A model generated the notes under the pieces. The model was not told the origin of the DNA, did no database searches, and was given only the letters and a program-made list of their open reading frames with translations. Both the position numbers and the translations under genes were made by a program. Shown one piece after another: positions 47,731-57,160 of a stretch of 64,000 nt of DNA; position 1 is the first letter of the stretch, and every line of letters starts with the position of its first letter. Source of the DNA: Candidatus Eiseniibacteriota bacterium (GTDB lineage Bacteria > Joyebacterota > Joyebacteria > Joyebacterales > Joyebacteraceae); contig JAUVLG010000001.1 of NCBI GenBank assembly GCA_030595835.1, forward strand, positions 4,614 through 68,613, written 5' to 3'.

Positions 47731-50106
47731 ATGAAGACCAGCAAACGACACAGCGAAGAGCGGAGAGTGCGCGCGCCAAGGGACGGCGAAGCGCCGCCAC
47801 TCTTCGGAAGCCACGCGACACTCATCTCGATCCTGCTCCTGGTAGCCGCGGGGCTCATCTTCTTCTGGCGAGTGCTCTTCCTTGGTGAGATCCTGACGGG
47901 CGGCGACGTCCTGGCTGCGGCAGCCATCTTCGAGGACTACGCGACGGACCAGATGGCGAGCGGGCGGCTCCCCCTCTGGAACCCGTACATCTTCTCGGGA
48001 ATGCCGTTCTTCGACAGCATGAGCTGGAGTGCCTTCGTCTACCCGAGCTACTGGCTCACGTTTGCCCTGGAGAAGATCCCGGGCGTCGAGCTGCCCCGGC
48101 TCTTCTTCCTGTTCCTGCACTACGAGCTGGCCGCGCTCGGCACGTACTTCTACCTGCGGTCACGTAAGGTCGGCCACGGCGGCGCCGTCATCGCGGGGCT
48201 GGCCTTCATGCTGTCACCTCATATGATAGGCTTAGCTACGATCGGGCACGGAGGGAAGATACTCGCGACGGCTTATCTTCCGCTCATCCTGATGGCCGCG
48301 CACAAGCTGATGGAGTCGGCTGACAGGCGGTGGATCGCGATTCTGGGCCTCGTCGGCGGGCTGCAGTTCCTCGCCCGACACGTGCAGATAAGTTACTACA
48401 CATGGCTGGCCGTCCTCGTGCTTATGGTCTACTACCTTGTGGTGCGCCGCCGGGCAGGCGAGCCGTGGAACGCACTGGGCGCGAGCGTCGGGTCAGTGGC
48501 AATCGGCGGCGTTCTGTCCGCAATGCTCGCGGCCGTTCTGCTTCTGCCACTCATGAGTTACTCAGAGTTCTCTACGCGCGCCGCGCACGCCGGCGGGATG
48601 GGTTTCGAGAACGCGGTGATGTGGTCGATGCACCCCAAGGAACTCCTGACCTTCCTTGTCCCGTCCTTCTTCGGCCTGGCGAACGAAACCTACTGGGGGA
48701 CCATGCCGTTCCAGCAGGTCTCTCACTACGTCGGTTACGTGGTGCTCTGCCTCGGTGCTGTTGCGTTGATACGAAGGAAGGACCGCAGCGTCGGCTTCCT
48801 TCTTGCCCTGGTGGCCGTTGGGATCTTCATGTCGTTCGGACGGCACCTGGGACCTGTCTACAGGGTGATCTACCAGGTGCTGCCGGGCTTCCGGCGCTTC
48901 AGGGTCCCTGCCATGTCGCTGATACTGGCGCAGTTCTCGCTGGCGGTACTCGCCGGCTACGGTGCCTCGCTGCTGCTGGGGGAAACCGGGCGTCGCCGGG
49001 GAAGCATGGTACGGTGGGCCATCGGTTGCGCCGCGCTCGGAGGCGTGGTGAGTCTGATCGTAATGGCATCTCGGGGATCGATCGGATCCGCGGCCACAAC
49101 GGCGCTCATGCTGAAGCACGTCGGTGCCCAGGCATCCGCGCTCCGGGAGGTCGGCGCACGTGCGGCCACCATGGCGTTCCGGGACGCAGGAATCCTATTG
49201 GCATTCGCTGCCGCCTCGGGCGTGGCGGTCTTCGTCGCCGGCACGCGCAGGCTGCCTCGCCTGCTCGTGTTCACCCTGCTTCTCGGAGTGGTGATCTGGG
49301 ACGTGGGTGTGGTGAACGCGCGCTTCATGCACCCAGAGAAGATGAGTTCGCTCGATCAGTACTACCGGGAGTCACCGGCCGTATCGTTCCTGAAGCAGCA
49401 GGAGGGCGTGTTCCGGATCGCGCCCGTCGACAGGGAGTTCTCCTCGAACGTGTGGATGTACCATCGGATCCAGACCATCGGCGGCTACCACCCGGCCAAG
49501 CTGGCGGTCGCCGACGACCTTCTGGGCAAGCTGGGTATCGGCAATCTGAAGCTCCTGGCTCTCCTCAACGTCAAATACGTAGTCGGGCCGGAGGAACTCG
49601 ATCACCCGGCGTTTGTGCGCGTTGCACCCGGGGTACACGAGAACCTCGCTGCATTCCCAAGGGTGTTTCTGATCGGCTCGGTCAAGCAGGTCTCGCGCGA
49701 GAGGATGGCACTGACCGAGCTCGGTATCGACAACTTCAATCCGGCAGAGACCGCGATCTTGCTGGAGGAGCTGCCCGGCCCGGTATTTGGCACCGAGGGG
49801 AGCACAGCCGAGCTGGTTTCGTACGAAGCGCACGAGATGACCGTGCACGCCAGCATCCGGCAACCTTGTCTTCTCGTCTTTTCCGAGGTATACTATCCGC
49901 CGGGTTGGAAGGCGTTTGTTGATGGCGCCGAGACGACAATCTATCGAACCGACTACGCTCTGAGATCGGTGTATCTTACGCTCGGTGAACACACCGTGGT
50001 GATGAGGTACGTCCCATCTCAGTTGCGTCGTGGCCTCTTCATCAGTCTCCTCGCGGCCGCTGCCCTAGTGGGACTTTTGGTGTGGCCGGTGAAGCGACAC
50101 GAATAG
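47731..50106 (+). CDS. YfhO-family GT-C membrane glycosyltransferase
   Basis: 791 aa. Large N-terminal TM domain, then a C-terminal domain with EVYYPPGWKAFVDGAETTIYRTDYALRSVYLTLGEHTVVMRY, the characteristic YfhO tail. Confidence 0.75.
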   Translation: MKTSKRHSEERRVRAPRDGEAPPLFGSHATLISILLLVAAGLIFFWRVLFLGEILTGGDVLAAAAIFEDYATDQMASGRLPLWNPYIFSGMPFFDSMSWSAFVYPSYWLTFALEKIPGVELPRLFFLFLHYELAALGTYFYLRSRKVGHGGAVIAGLAFMLSPHMIGLATIGHGGKILATAYLPLILMAAHKLMESADRRWIAILGLVGGLQFLARHVQISYYTWLAVLVLMVYYLVVRRRAGEPWNALGASVGSVAIGGVLSAMLAAVLLLPLMSYSEFSTRAAHAGGMGFENAVMWSMHPKELLTFLVPSFFGLANETYWGTMPFQQVSHYVGYVVLCLGAVALIRRKDRSVGFLLALVAVGIFMSFGRHLGPVYRVIYQVLPGFRRFRVPAMSLILAQFSLAVLAGYGASLLLGETGRRRGSMVRWAIGCAALGGVVSLIVMASRGSIGSAATTALMLKHVGAQASALREVGARAATMAFRDAGILLAFAAASGVAVFVAGTRRLPRLLVFTLLLGVVIWDVGVVNARFMHPEKMSSLDQYYRESPAVSFLKQQEGVFRIAPVDREFSSNVWMYHRIQTIGGYHPAKLAVADDLLGKLGIGNLKLLALLNVKYVVGPEELDHPAFVRVAPGVHENLAAFPRVFLIGSVKQVSRERMALTELGIDNFNPAETAILLEELPGPVFGTEGSTAELVSYEAHEMTVHASIRQPCLLVFSEVYYPPGWKAFVDGAETTIYRTDYALRSVYLTLGEHTVVMRYVPSQLRRGLFISLLAAAALVGLLVWPVKRHE

Positions 50107-50118
50107 GGGAACCCCTGC

Positions 50119-50832
50119 ATGAAGACTACGGTGGTAGTGCCCACCTACAACGAGAGAGCGAACCTGGAAGAGCTGATACCGCGCATCCTGGGGCAGCTCC
50201 CCGACATTGAGCTTCTGGTTGTCGACGACGGTTCCCCGGACGGGACCGGCGAGTACGCGGACTCGGTGGCGGCTGAGAACCCGCGCGTCCAGGTGCTGCA
50301 CCGGCCCGGGAAGATGGGCCTGGGTTCCGCCTATGTCTACGGCTTCACGCATTGCCTCGCCACGGACACCGAGCTCGTGATCCAGATGGACGCGGACTTC
50401 TCGCACAACCCGGACGAGATTCCCAAGCTCGTCGAGCGGGCGCGCACACACGACGTCGTTCTGGGCTCGCGGTACATCAGCGGGGCCAATGTGGTCAACT
50501 GGCCGCTCAGGCGACTGTTTCTGAGCTACTTCGCGAACGTGTATACGCACATCATCACTGGACTGCCACTTCGGGACTCCACGGGCGGTTTCAAGTGCTT
50601 CCGCCGGAAGGTTCTGGCTGAGATAAAACTCGATACCATCAAGTCCGACGGGTACTCGTTCCAGATAGAAGTGAACTTCAGGAGCTGGAGAAAGGGCTTC
50701 TCGATGGTCGAGATCCCCATAGTGTTCGTGGATCGTCACTCCGGCACTTCGAAGATGTCCAGGTGGATAGTATGGGAGGCGATGTGGTTGGTCTGGCGCC
50801 TGAGACTCGAGAGAATACTGAGGAGGCTGTGA
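50119..50832 (+). CDS. Polyprenol-monophosphate hexose synthase (Dpm1/Ppm1-like GT2)
   Basis: VVVPTYNERANLEELI...LVVDDGSPDGT...IQMDADFSHNP: canonical dolichyl/polyprenyl-phosphate mannose synthase core. 237 aa, soluble. Confidence 0.8.
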   Translation: MKTTVVVPTYNERANLEELIPRILGQLPDIELLVVDDGSPDGTGEYADSVAAENPRVQVLHRPGKMGLGSAYVYGFTHCLATDTELVIQMDADFSHNPDEIPKLVERARTHDVVLGSRYISGANVVNWPLRRLFLSYFANVYTHIITGLPLRDSTGGFKCFRRKVLAEIKLDTIKSDGYSFQIEVNFRSWRKGFSMVEIPIVFVDRHSGTSKMSRWIVWEAMWLVWRLRLERILRRL

Positions 50833-53036
50833 GCTACCCTTCAGAGCCCGACCTCTCGATTGTCATCGTCGGCTACAACAGCCTGCCGGAGCTGGGCAGG
50901 TGCCTGGCGTCGGTTCGAGATACCGCGGCCGCCATACATCCTGAGATCGTGGTTGTTGACAACGCCTCCGCAGACGGTACGGTGGAGTTCCTGGAGCGGG
51001 AACTCCCCGATGTGCGTCTGGTGGCCAACGGCAGGAACGTCGGTTACTCCAGGGCGGTCAACCAGGGCATAGCCGAGGCCAGGGCACGCTATATCCTGGT
51101 GCTCAATCCTGACATCGTCGTGCTCCCGGGCGCGCTGGACCGACTCGTCTCGTTCATGGACGACCAGCCGGATGCCGGAATCGCAGGGGCGAAGCTACTG
51201 AACGAGGACGGATCTCTACAGCACTCGTGCAGGCGCTTCTACACATTCTGGACGCTGGTGCTTCGACGAACGCCACTCGGGAAGCTGTTCCAAAACGGCA
51301 AGACGATCTCACGCTATCTGATGCTCGAGTTCGACCACGAGGAGTCGAGGGAAGTAGACTGGGTTCTCGGCGCCTGCATGATCGTGCGGAGAACGGCGCT
51401 CGCTGATTTCGGGGGTATGGACGAGCGCTTCTTCCTGTACTTCGAGGACGTCGATTGGTGCTACCGCGTCTGGCAGAGCGGGTGGAAGGTCTGGTACGTC
51501 GCCGATTCCGTCATGCGGCACCGGCACGCGCGGGAGAGCGCGCGAGGCGGCCTCTCCAAGCAGCTCATCGCGCATGGGCTCTCCATGATCCACTTCTACG
51601 AGAAGTGGGGGAAGGCGATCTACGGGTTGAAGAAGTACCGGACGGTTCTCACCAACTCGGTCCTCCTGTTCACCGACCTCGTCGCCATCAACGTCGGCTT
51701 CGGACTCGCCTACATCCTGAGGTCCAGCCTGCACGGACTTCTCGAGAAGCCGATGTTCGGTGTCTCGATCTACGCGACATTGCTGGCGTTCGCCAACCTC
51801 GTTTTCGTGGTCTCGTACGGGTTCTTCGGGCTGTACGGGGCCTCCATCGAGAGGGAGCGGTCATCGGACGTGGCCCTGAGGATCTTCAGGGCGGCCCCTG
51901 TAGCCGCTATCATCCTGATGGCGAGCACGTTTCTCACATCGAGGACCGTCTACTCGCGCGTACTCATAGCCGCCTTCTGCGTCCTGGCGGTCGTCCTGAC
52001 GTTCCTTCTGCGGATGGGACTCAAGAGGCTCCACTGGCTGGTGCGCGCCGGGCGATTCGACCTGACGAGGGTGGCGGTGGTTGGTACGGACGAGACCTCC
52101 CGCAGAGTGGCGGAGCGGCTGCTCTCGCACTCCGCGCTGGGCTATGATCTGGCCGGGCTCGTGGCGGCCGACGGCGACGAACGACCACCGGGCTTCCAGG
52201 TTATCGGGCGGCTGGAGGATCTGCCCGAGCTCATCGAGAAGCACCGGGTCGGAGAAGTCATATTCGCGGACTCGGAGATCTCTCAGGAGAGGGTCGCCGA
52301 CTTCCTCCTCAAGGCAAGAAGAAGCGCCGTCGACGTCAAGATGGTGTCCGGACTGACCGGCATCCTGACGCAGCGGGCTAAGGTCGAGGAATTCCTGGAC
52401 CTCCCCGTTGTCGCATTCGAACGCGAAGCGCTCCTTAGAGCCGATGCCGGGATCAAGCGTACGTTCGACGTCGTCGCAGCCGCCCTGCTCATTGCCATCT
52501 GGGCGCCGCTTCTTCTCGTAACGTCCGTCGCTACCCTGATAACCAGGAAGACCGGGCCTCTCTCGACGGTCGAGTGCGCGGGTCTGGGCGGAAGAACGTT
52601 CAGCATGCACGTCCTCAACAGGATCGACGAGCCGTCGGCGCTCAGGAGGTTCACGCTTCGTCACGGGCTCTCTGTCTTCCCGGCGGTCATCAATGTGCTG
52701 AGAGGTGACATGAGTTTCATCGGTCCTCGCGTGGTCGCCCCGGTGGACCCCGGCTCCCTCAACCTGAGGGAGCGACTGCGATTCGATGCGAGGCCGGGGA
52801 TCACCGGCCTTGCGCGGGTGTCCGCGGGGGAAGATCTGTGTTCTCGAGACGAACTCGAGGCACTCGACGCCTACTACGTGCAGGGTTGGTCCCTCGGCGG
52901 GGACGCCAAGATCCTGATGAGATGGTCCATGCAGTGCCTTCTGGGATGGGTTCATGTGTCGGGTGAACCAGGTTCGCTCGGAGCGCCGACGGCGTCCGAG
53001 GAGCTCGCCGGATCCGGCGCGTCCGGCGACCATTGA
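50829..53036 (+). CDS. Fusion protein: N-terminal GT2 glycosyltransferase + C-terminal WbaP-type polyprenyl-phosphate glycosylphosphotransferase (large PGT) domain
   Basis: N-terminus has SIVIVGYNSLPEL...VVDNASADGT...YFEDVDWC GT2 motifs. Four TM helices and a CoA-binding-like domain follow. The PGT core carries KRTFDVVAAALLIAIWAPLLL...NVLRGDMSFIGPRVVAP...PGITGLARVSAGEDL...LDAYYVQGWSLGGDAKIL. GTG start at 50829 overlaps the upstream stop (GTGA) and follows AGGAGG. Confidence 0.7.
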   Translation: MSYPSEPDLSIVIVGYNSLPELGRCLASVRDTAAAIHPEIVVVDNASADGTVEFLERELPDVRLVANGRNVGYSRAVNQGIAEARARYILVLNPDIVVLPGALDRLVSFMDDQPDAGIAGAKLLNEDGSLQHSCRRFYTFWTLVLRRTPLGKLFQNGKTISRYLMLEFDHEESREVDWVLGACMIVRRTALADFGGMDERFFLYFEDVDWCYRVWQSGWKVWYVADSVMRHRHARESARGGLSKQLIAHGLSMIHFYEKWGKAIYGLKKYRTVLTNSVLLFTDLVAINVGFGLAYILRSSLHGLLEKPMFGVSIYATLLAFANLVFVVSYGFFGLYGASIERERSSDVALRIFRAAPVAAIILMASTFLTSRTVYSRVLIAAFCVLAVVLTFLLRMGLKRLHWLVRAGRFDLTRVAVVGTDETSRRVAERLLSHSALGYDLAGLVAADGDERPPGFQVIGRLEDLPELIEKHRVGEVIFADSEISQERVADFLLKARRSAVDVKMVSGLTGILTQRAKVEEFLDLPVVAFEREALLRADAGIKRTFDVVAAALLIAIWAPLLLVTSVATLITRKTGPLSTVECAGLGGRTFSMHVLNRIDEPSALRRFTLRHGLSVFPAVINVLRGDMSFIGPRVVAPVDPGSLNLRERLRFDARPGITGLARVSAGEDLCSRDELEALDAYYVQGWSLGGDAKILMRWSMQCLLGWVHVSGEPGSLGAPTASEELAGSGASGDH

Positions 53037-53082
53037 GAAGGCTCTAGCTAGGCTATGATCTTGCATGAAGGAGCAGACAACC

Positions 53083-54456
53083 ATGAGACTACTACTGCTT
53101 ATCTCACTCGTCGTCGCGCTCGTGCCTGCGCTCCCTGCGGGAGCTCAGGAGTGGCTGGAGGTGCCACTCCCGGACGGGCCGAGCGACGGGAACCCGAAGA
53201 TCCTCGACATTGCCGTGGAGGGTAGCACGGTGTGGTTCTCCACGCTGCGCGACGGCATCATCGGATACAACGGCGCGGAGTGGGTCCTTCATACGCTCGA
53301 GGACGGTGGGCTCCGCAGCAACAATTACCGGTACGTGATTTTCGTCGACTCGGACGGAGACAAGTGGACCTCAAAGGACAACAGCGATTTCGCCGTGGAC
53401 AGACTCGATGACGGCGGGAGTTTCCTTTTGAAGAGCGACGACATCTGGACCTACTACAACAGCCCCACACCGTTGCAGAGCAACCGTGTGTTCGCAATGT
53501 CCGAGGATTCGGCCGGAAACAAGTGGTTCGGGATCAGGGACGAGAGCAGCAGCAACGCGGAGCCTACTACACTCGAACTCCTTGTAGAGAACGACCCTGA
53601 TACGACCGCGGATGACGAGTGGTTGGCGTTCGACTACTTCGACGACGAGAGCCTCTTCTTCGATGATGATGTGAGGGGTCTGGCGGTCGACCACGAGAAC
53701 CGTCTTTGGATCGTCTACGCGCCCGAAGGCGTGGGGATGGGGCTCGACGTGTGGGAGTTCGGCGACTACTACTCCTTTGACGACGATACGGTGACGCACT
53801 ACGGCCCGCTCGAGGGCCTCCCCAGCAGGTCGGTGTACGACGTCCACGTCGGACCGAACGGCCGCGTCTGGGTCGGGACCCAAGCGGGCCCGGCGTATCT
53901 GGACGCGTCGACCGATCAGTGGGTCGCTATCGACGACGTCACGGCCAGGACCCGGTCGGTCGCATCGGACGCCCAGGGACACATATGGGCCGGCACCGAC
54001 GAGGGTGTCGTCATGCTCTACAGAAGCGGTGAGGTTGTGAAGACCTACACCGCGCTCGCCGACGGCTTGCACGACGATGCGATCGCCCTGGTTGGCGTTG
54101 ATCAGACGAACGGAACGGTGTGGGCCGTCTCCGTGAACGGCGTGGACGAGACCTTCCTCAACGTGCTCGAGTCCGGGTTCGGTCCGGAGCCGCGCCTCTT
54201 CGCCTATCCCAACCCATGGAAGGCAGGGGAGACGTCCGAGAGGAACGTGAGTATCCTGGGCGCACCGGAGGGCTCCACCGTCGAGATCCTTGATATCATG
54301 GGGCAGAGCGTCCGGAAGCTCGACGCGGAGCGTGAACCCTACGTCTGGAATTCACTGGACGACGACCTGAACGAGGTGCCGAGCGGAGTGTATGTGGTCA
54401 GGGTAGAGACCCCCGCGGGCGAAATGATGTTCACGAAGGTCGCCATCATAAGGTAG
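53083..54456 (+). CDS. Secreted beta-propeller-like protein with T9SS type-A / FlgD-Ig-like C-terminal sorting domain
   Basis: Signal peptide MRLLLLISLVVALVPALPAGAQE. Repeated ...W.GT..G... propeller-like units. C-terminal domain FAYPNPWKAGETSERNVSILGAPEGSTVEILDIMGQSVRKL...SGVYVVRVETPAGEMMFTKVAIIR, with G.Y...V and terminal K..I.R. Confidence 0.6.
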   Translation: MRLLLLISLVVALVPALPAGAQEWLEVPLPDGPSDGNPKILDIAVEGSTVWFSTLRDGIIGYNGAEWVLHTLEDGGLRSNNYRYVIFVDSDGDKWTSKDNSDFAVDRLDDGGSFLLKSDDIWTYYNSPTPLQSNRVFAMSEDSAGNKWFGIRDESSSNAEPTTLELLVENDPDTTADDEWLAFDYFDDESLFFDDDVRGLAVDHENRLWIVYAPEGVGMGLDVWEFGDYYSFDDDTVTHYGPLEGLPSRSVYDVHVGPNGRVWVGTQAGPAYLDASTDQWVAIDDVTARTRSVASDAQGHIWAGTDEGVVMLYRSGEVVKTYTALADGLHDDAIALVGVDQTNGTVWAVSVNGVDETFLNVLESGFGPEPRLFAYPNPWKAGETSERNVSILGAPEGSTVEILDIMGQSVRKLDAEREPYVWNSLDDDLNEVPSGVYVVRVETPAGEMMFTKVAIIR

Positions 54457-54459
54457 CCA

Positions 54460-55923
54460 ATGAACAAGCAGAAGAAGGAAGTTCGCACGCTGGTGGTTGG
54501 TGCGGGATCCGCCGGGACGATGGCCGCAACCGAGATGGCCAAACGCTCCGAGCATGGCTACGTCGTCACGGGGTTTCTTGATGACGATCCGGCGAAGCTT
54601 GGGCGGACGATCGCCGGGGCTCCGGTGCTCGGTGCCATAGCGGACCTTGCAGTCGTCGCAGCCGAACACGACATCCAGGAAGTAGTCATAGCCATACCCT
54701 CTGCATCAGGCCACACCATCCGCGAGGTGGTGCGACTCTGTGAGGGGGCCGGGCGCTCGTTCAAGATCGTCCCAGGCGTCTGGGAGATAATCCTCGGCGA
54801 CGTCCAGATCAGTCAGATCAGGGAACTCGAGCTCGCGGATCTGCTGGGACGCGAGACCGTCGCGCTCGACACCGAGAAGATGACCGCCTATCTCAGCGGT
54901 CGCGTCGTCCTCATCACCGGCGCGGGCGGTTCCATCGGGTCCGAGCTGGCCAGGCTCGTCGCCGGGTTCAAGCCTTCGTGCATCCTTCTGATGGGACGGG
55001 GGGAGAACAGCGTCTACGAGATCGACAGGGAGCTGGCGATCGACCACCCGGACGTCAGTCGGGTTCCTGTTATCGGCAGCGTTACAGACGAGGTGGCGCT
55101 GGAGAAGGTCTTCGCCGAGCACCATCCAGAGATAGTGTTCCATGCGGCCGCGCACAAGCACGTTCATCTGATGGAGTTCTTTCCGGACGAGGCCATCAAG
55201 AACAACGTTACCGGCACGCGCAGGCTGATCGAGGCGGCCACGAGGCACGACGTCGACCGGCTTGTGATGCTCTCGACGGATAAGGCGGTGCGCCCGAGGG
55301 GTGTCATGGGCGCGTCGAAGCGCCTGGCAGAGCTGACGATACTCAGGAAGACGGCGGCGGGGTGCCGCACCAAGCTGATCGCCGTGCGTTTCGGCAACGT
55401 ACTGGGCAGCCGAGGCAGCGTAGTACCCATGTTCCAGCAGCAGGTTCGGCTTGGTGGGCCCGTCACGGTGACGCACCCGGACGTGACGCGATACTTCATG
55501 ACCATCCGCGAGGCCGCGATGCTCGTGCTGGAGGCCGGTTTCGCCGGCCGCGGTGGTGAGATATTCGTGCTGGATATGGGGGACCCCATACGAATAGCGG
55601 AACTGGCCGAGCACGTGATCAGGCTGTCCGGCCTCGAACCCGGCACGGATATCGCTATAGAGTACTGTGGACTCCGTCCTGGCGAGAAACTGCACGAGGA
55701 GCTGTGGTCCTCAGCGGAGACCTTGTCGCGGACCGAGTACGAGAAGATCATGGTCCTGAAGTCCAGTGACACACCGCCGCTCGCGCAGACGACCGCTGCC
55801 TCCGACGCGCTGGAGGAACTGGCCGCACGCGGCGACCGCGAGGGAATTGTCCGGATGCTCCGTGAACTGTTCGAGGACATGCCGGCGGAGGAGCTAGATG
55901 AAGACGGCACTACCTGCGGTTGA
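54460..55923 (+). CDS. UDP-N-acetylglucosamine 4,6-dehydratase (PglF/CapD/WbpM family, soluble form)
   Basis: N-terminal CoA-binding-like domain, then SDR core VLITGAGGSIGSEL...MGASKRLAE... Confidence 0.8.
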   Translation: MNKQKKEVRTLVVGAGSAGTMAATEMAKRSEHGYVVTGFLDDDPAKLGRTIAGAPVLGAIADLAVVAAEHDIQEVVIAIPSASGHTIREVVRLCEGAGRSFKIVPGVWEIILGDVQISQIRELELADLLGRETVALDTEKMTAYLSGRVVLITGAGGSIGSELARLVAGFKPSCILLMGRGENSVYEIDRELAIDHPDVSRVPVIGSVTDEVALEKVFAEHHPEIVFHAAAHKHVHLMEFFPDEAIKNNVTGTRRLIEAATRHDVDRLVMLSTDKAVRPRGVMGASKRLAELTILRKTAAGCRTKLIAVRFGNVLGSRGSVVPMFQQQVRLGGPVTVTHPDVTRYFMTIREAAMLVLEAGFAGRGGEIFVLDMGDPIRIAELAEHVIRLSGLEPGTDIAIEYCGLRPGEKLHEELWSSAETLSRTEYEKIMVLKSSDTPPLAQTTAASDALEELAARGDREGIVRMLRELFEDMPAEELDEDGTTCG

Positions 55924-57097
55924 GGGCGGCGAACCCGTCAGGGAGGAATTCCTTCCGTTCGCGACGCCCTCCGTTGGCGAGGACGAGATAGCCGAGGTCG
56001 TCGAGACCCTGAGATCTGGATGGCTGACCGTCGGTCCGAGAACGAAGAGGTTCGAGGAGATGATCGCGGGCTACGTTGGGGTCGCACGTGCGGCGGCTCT
56101 CAGCTCGTGCACGGCGGGCCTGCATCTCGGCATGATAGCCCTCGGCGTGGAGGAAGGCGACGAGGTCATCCTCCCGGCACTCAACTTCGTTGCCGGGCCG
56201 AACTGCGCGATTCATCTTGGCGCGACACCAGTGCTCGTGGATGTGGACCCAGAGACGCTCAACGTAACACCCGAGATCCTGGCTGCCGCGATCACGGAGC
56301 GCACGAAGCTCATCGTGCCGGTGCATTATGGGGGACGGCCGATTGACATCGACGGCATCATGGAGGTTGCGCGCTCCCGGGGTATTCCGGTTCTGGGTGA
56401 CGCCGCGCATGCTCTGGGGTCGGACTACGGCGGACGCAAGGTGGGGTCCGTTGCTGACGCCACGTCGTTCAGCTTCTACGTGACCAAGGGGATCACAACC
56501 GGAGAGGGGGGCAGCCTGACCTCCCCGAACCCCGACCTGGTTGAGCGCGTCGGAGTCTTGAGCCTCCACGGAATGAGCAGCGGGGCGTGGAACCGCTACT
56601 CGGCGCGCGGCTCGTGGTTCTACGAGATCCACGAGGCAGGTTACAAGTACAACATGAACGATATCCAGGCCGCCATCGGCGTCCACCAGATGAAGAAGAT
56701 CGACGAGTTCAGAGACAGGCGAGAGAAGATCGCACGAATCTTCGATCGCGGGCTTCGGAGCGAAGAGGCGATCAGTGTGCCCTCCTCGTCCGAGTCGAGC
56801 GGACACGCGTGGCACCTGTACCCGATCCGCTTGAGAACGCAGGCGCTTAAGGTCGACCGCGACTCGTTCATAGGGTGTCTCAGGGACGAGGGAATAGGAA
56901 CGAGTGTCCACTTCATTCCGGTCCACTACCACGACTACTACAGCAAGCGGCTCGGCTACAAGCGCGGTAGTTTCCCTGTGACCGAGACGTTCTTCGAGCA
57001 CGCGGTCTCGCTTCCCATCTACCCGTCGATGAGCGATGCTGATGCGAACGATGTGGTCGAGGCAGTGACCAAACTGCTGGCCTACTACAGGAGATAG
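55898..57097 (+). CDS. DegT/DnrJ/EryC1/StrS-family PLP-dependent sugar aminotransferase (PglE/PorR-like)
   Basis: SFSFYVTKGITTGEGG lysine motif and overall DegT fold. Confidence 0.85.
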   Translation: MKTALPAVEGGEPVREEFLPFATPSVGEDEIAEVVETLRSGWLTVGPRTKRFEEMIAGYVGVARAAALSSCTAGLHLGMIALGVEEGDEVILPALNFVAGPNCAIHLGATPVLVDVDPETLNVTPEILAAAITERTKLIVPVHYGGRPIDIDGIMEVARSRGIPVLGDAAHALGSDYGGRKVGSVADATSFSFYVTKGITTGEGGSLTSPNPDLVERVGVLSLHGMSSGAWNRYSARGSWFYEIHEAGYKYNMNDIQAAIGVHQMKKIDEFRDRREKIARIFDRGLRSEEAISVPSSSESSGHAWHLYPIRLRTQALKVDRDSFIGCLRDEGIGTSVHFIPVHYHDYYSKRLGYKRGSFPVTETFFEHAVSLPIYPSMSDADANDVVEAVTKLLAYYRR

Positions 57098-57160
57098 CCC
57101 TTCTGGGAGCGTCCGGGGTGATCCCCAACGAGGCTATCGCCGAGGACAGGCAGAGAAGAG

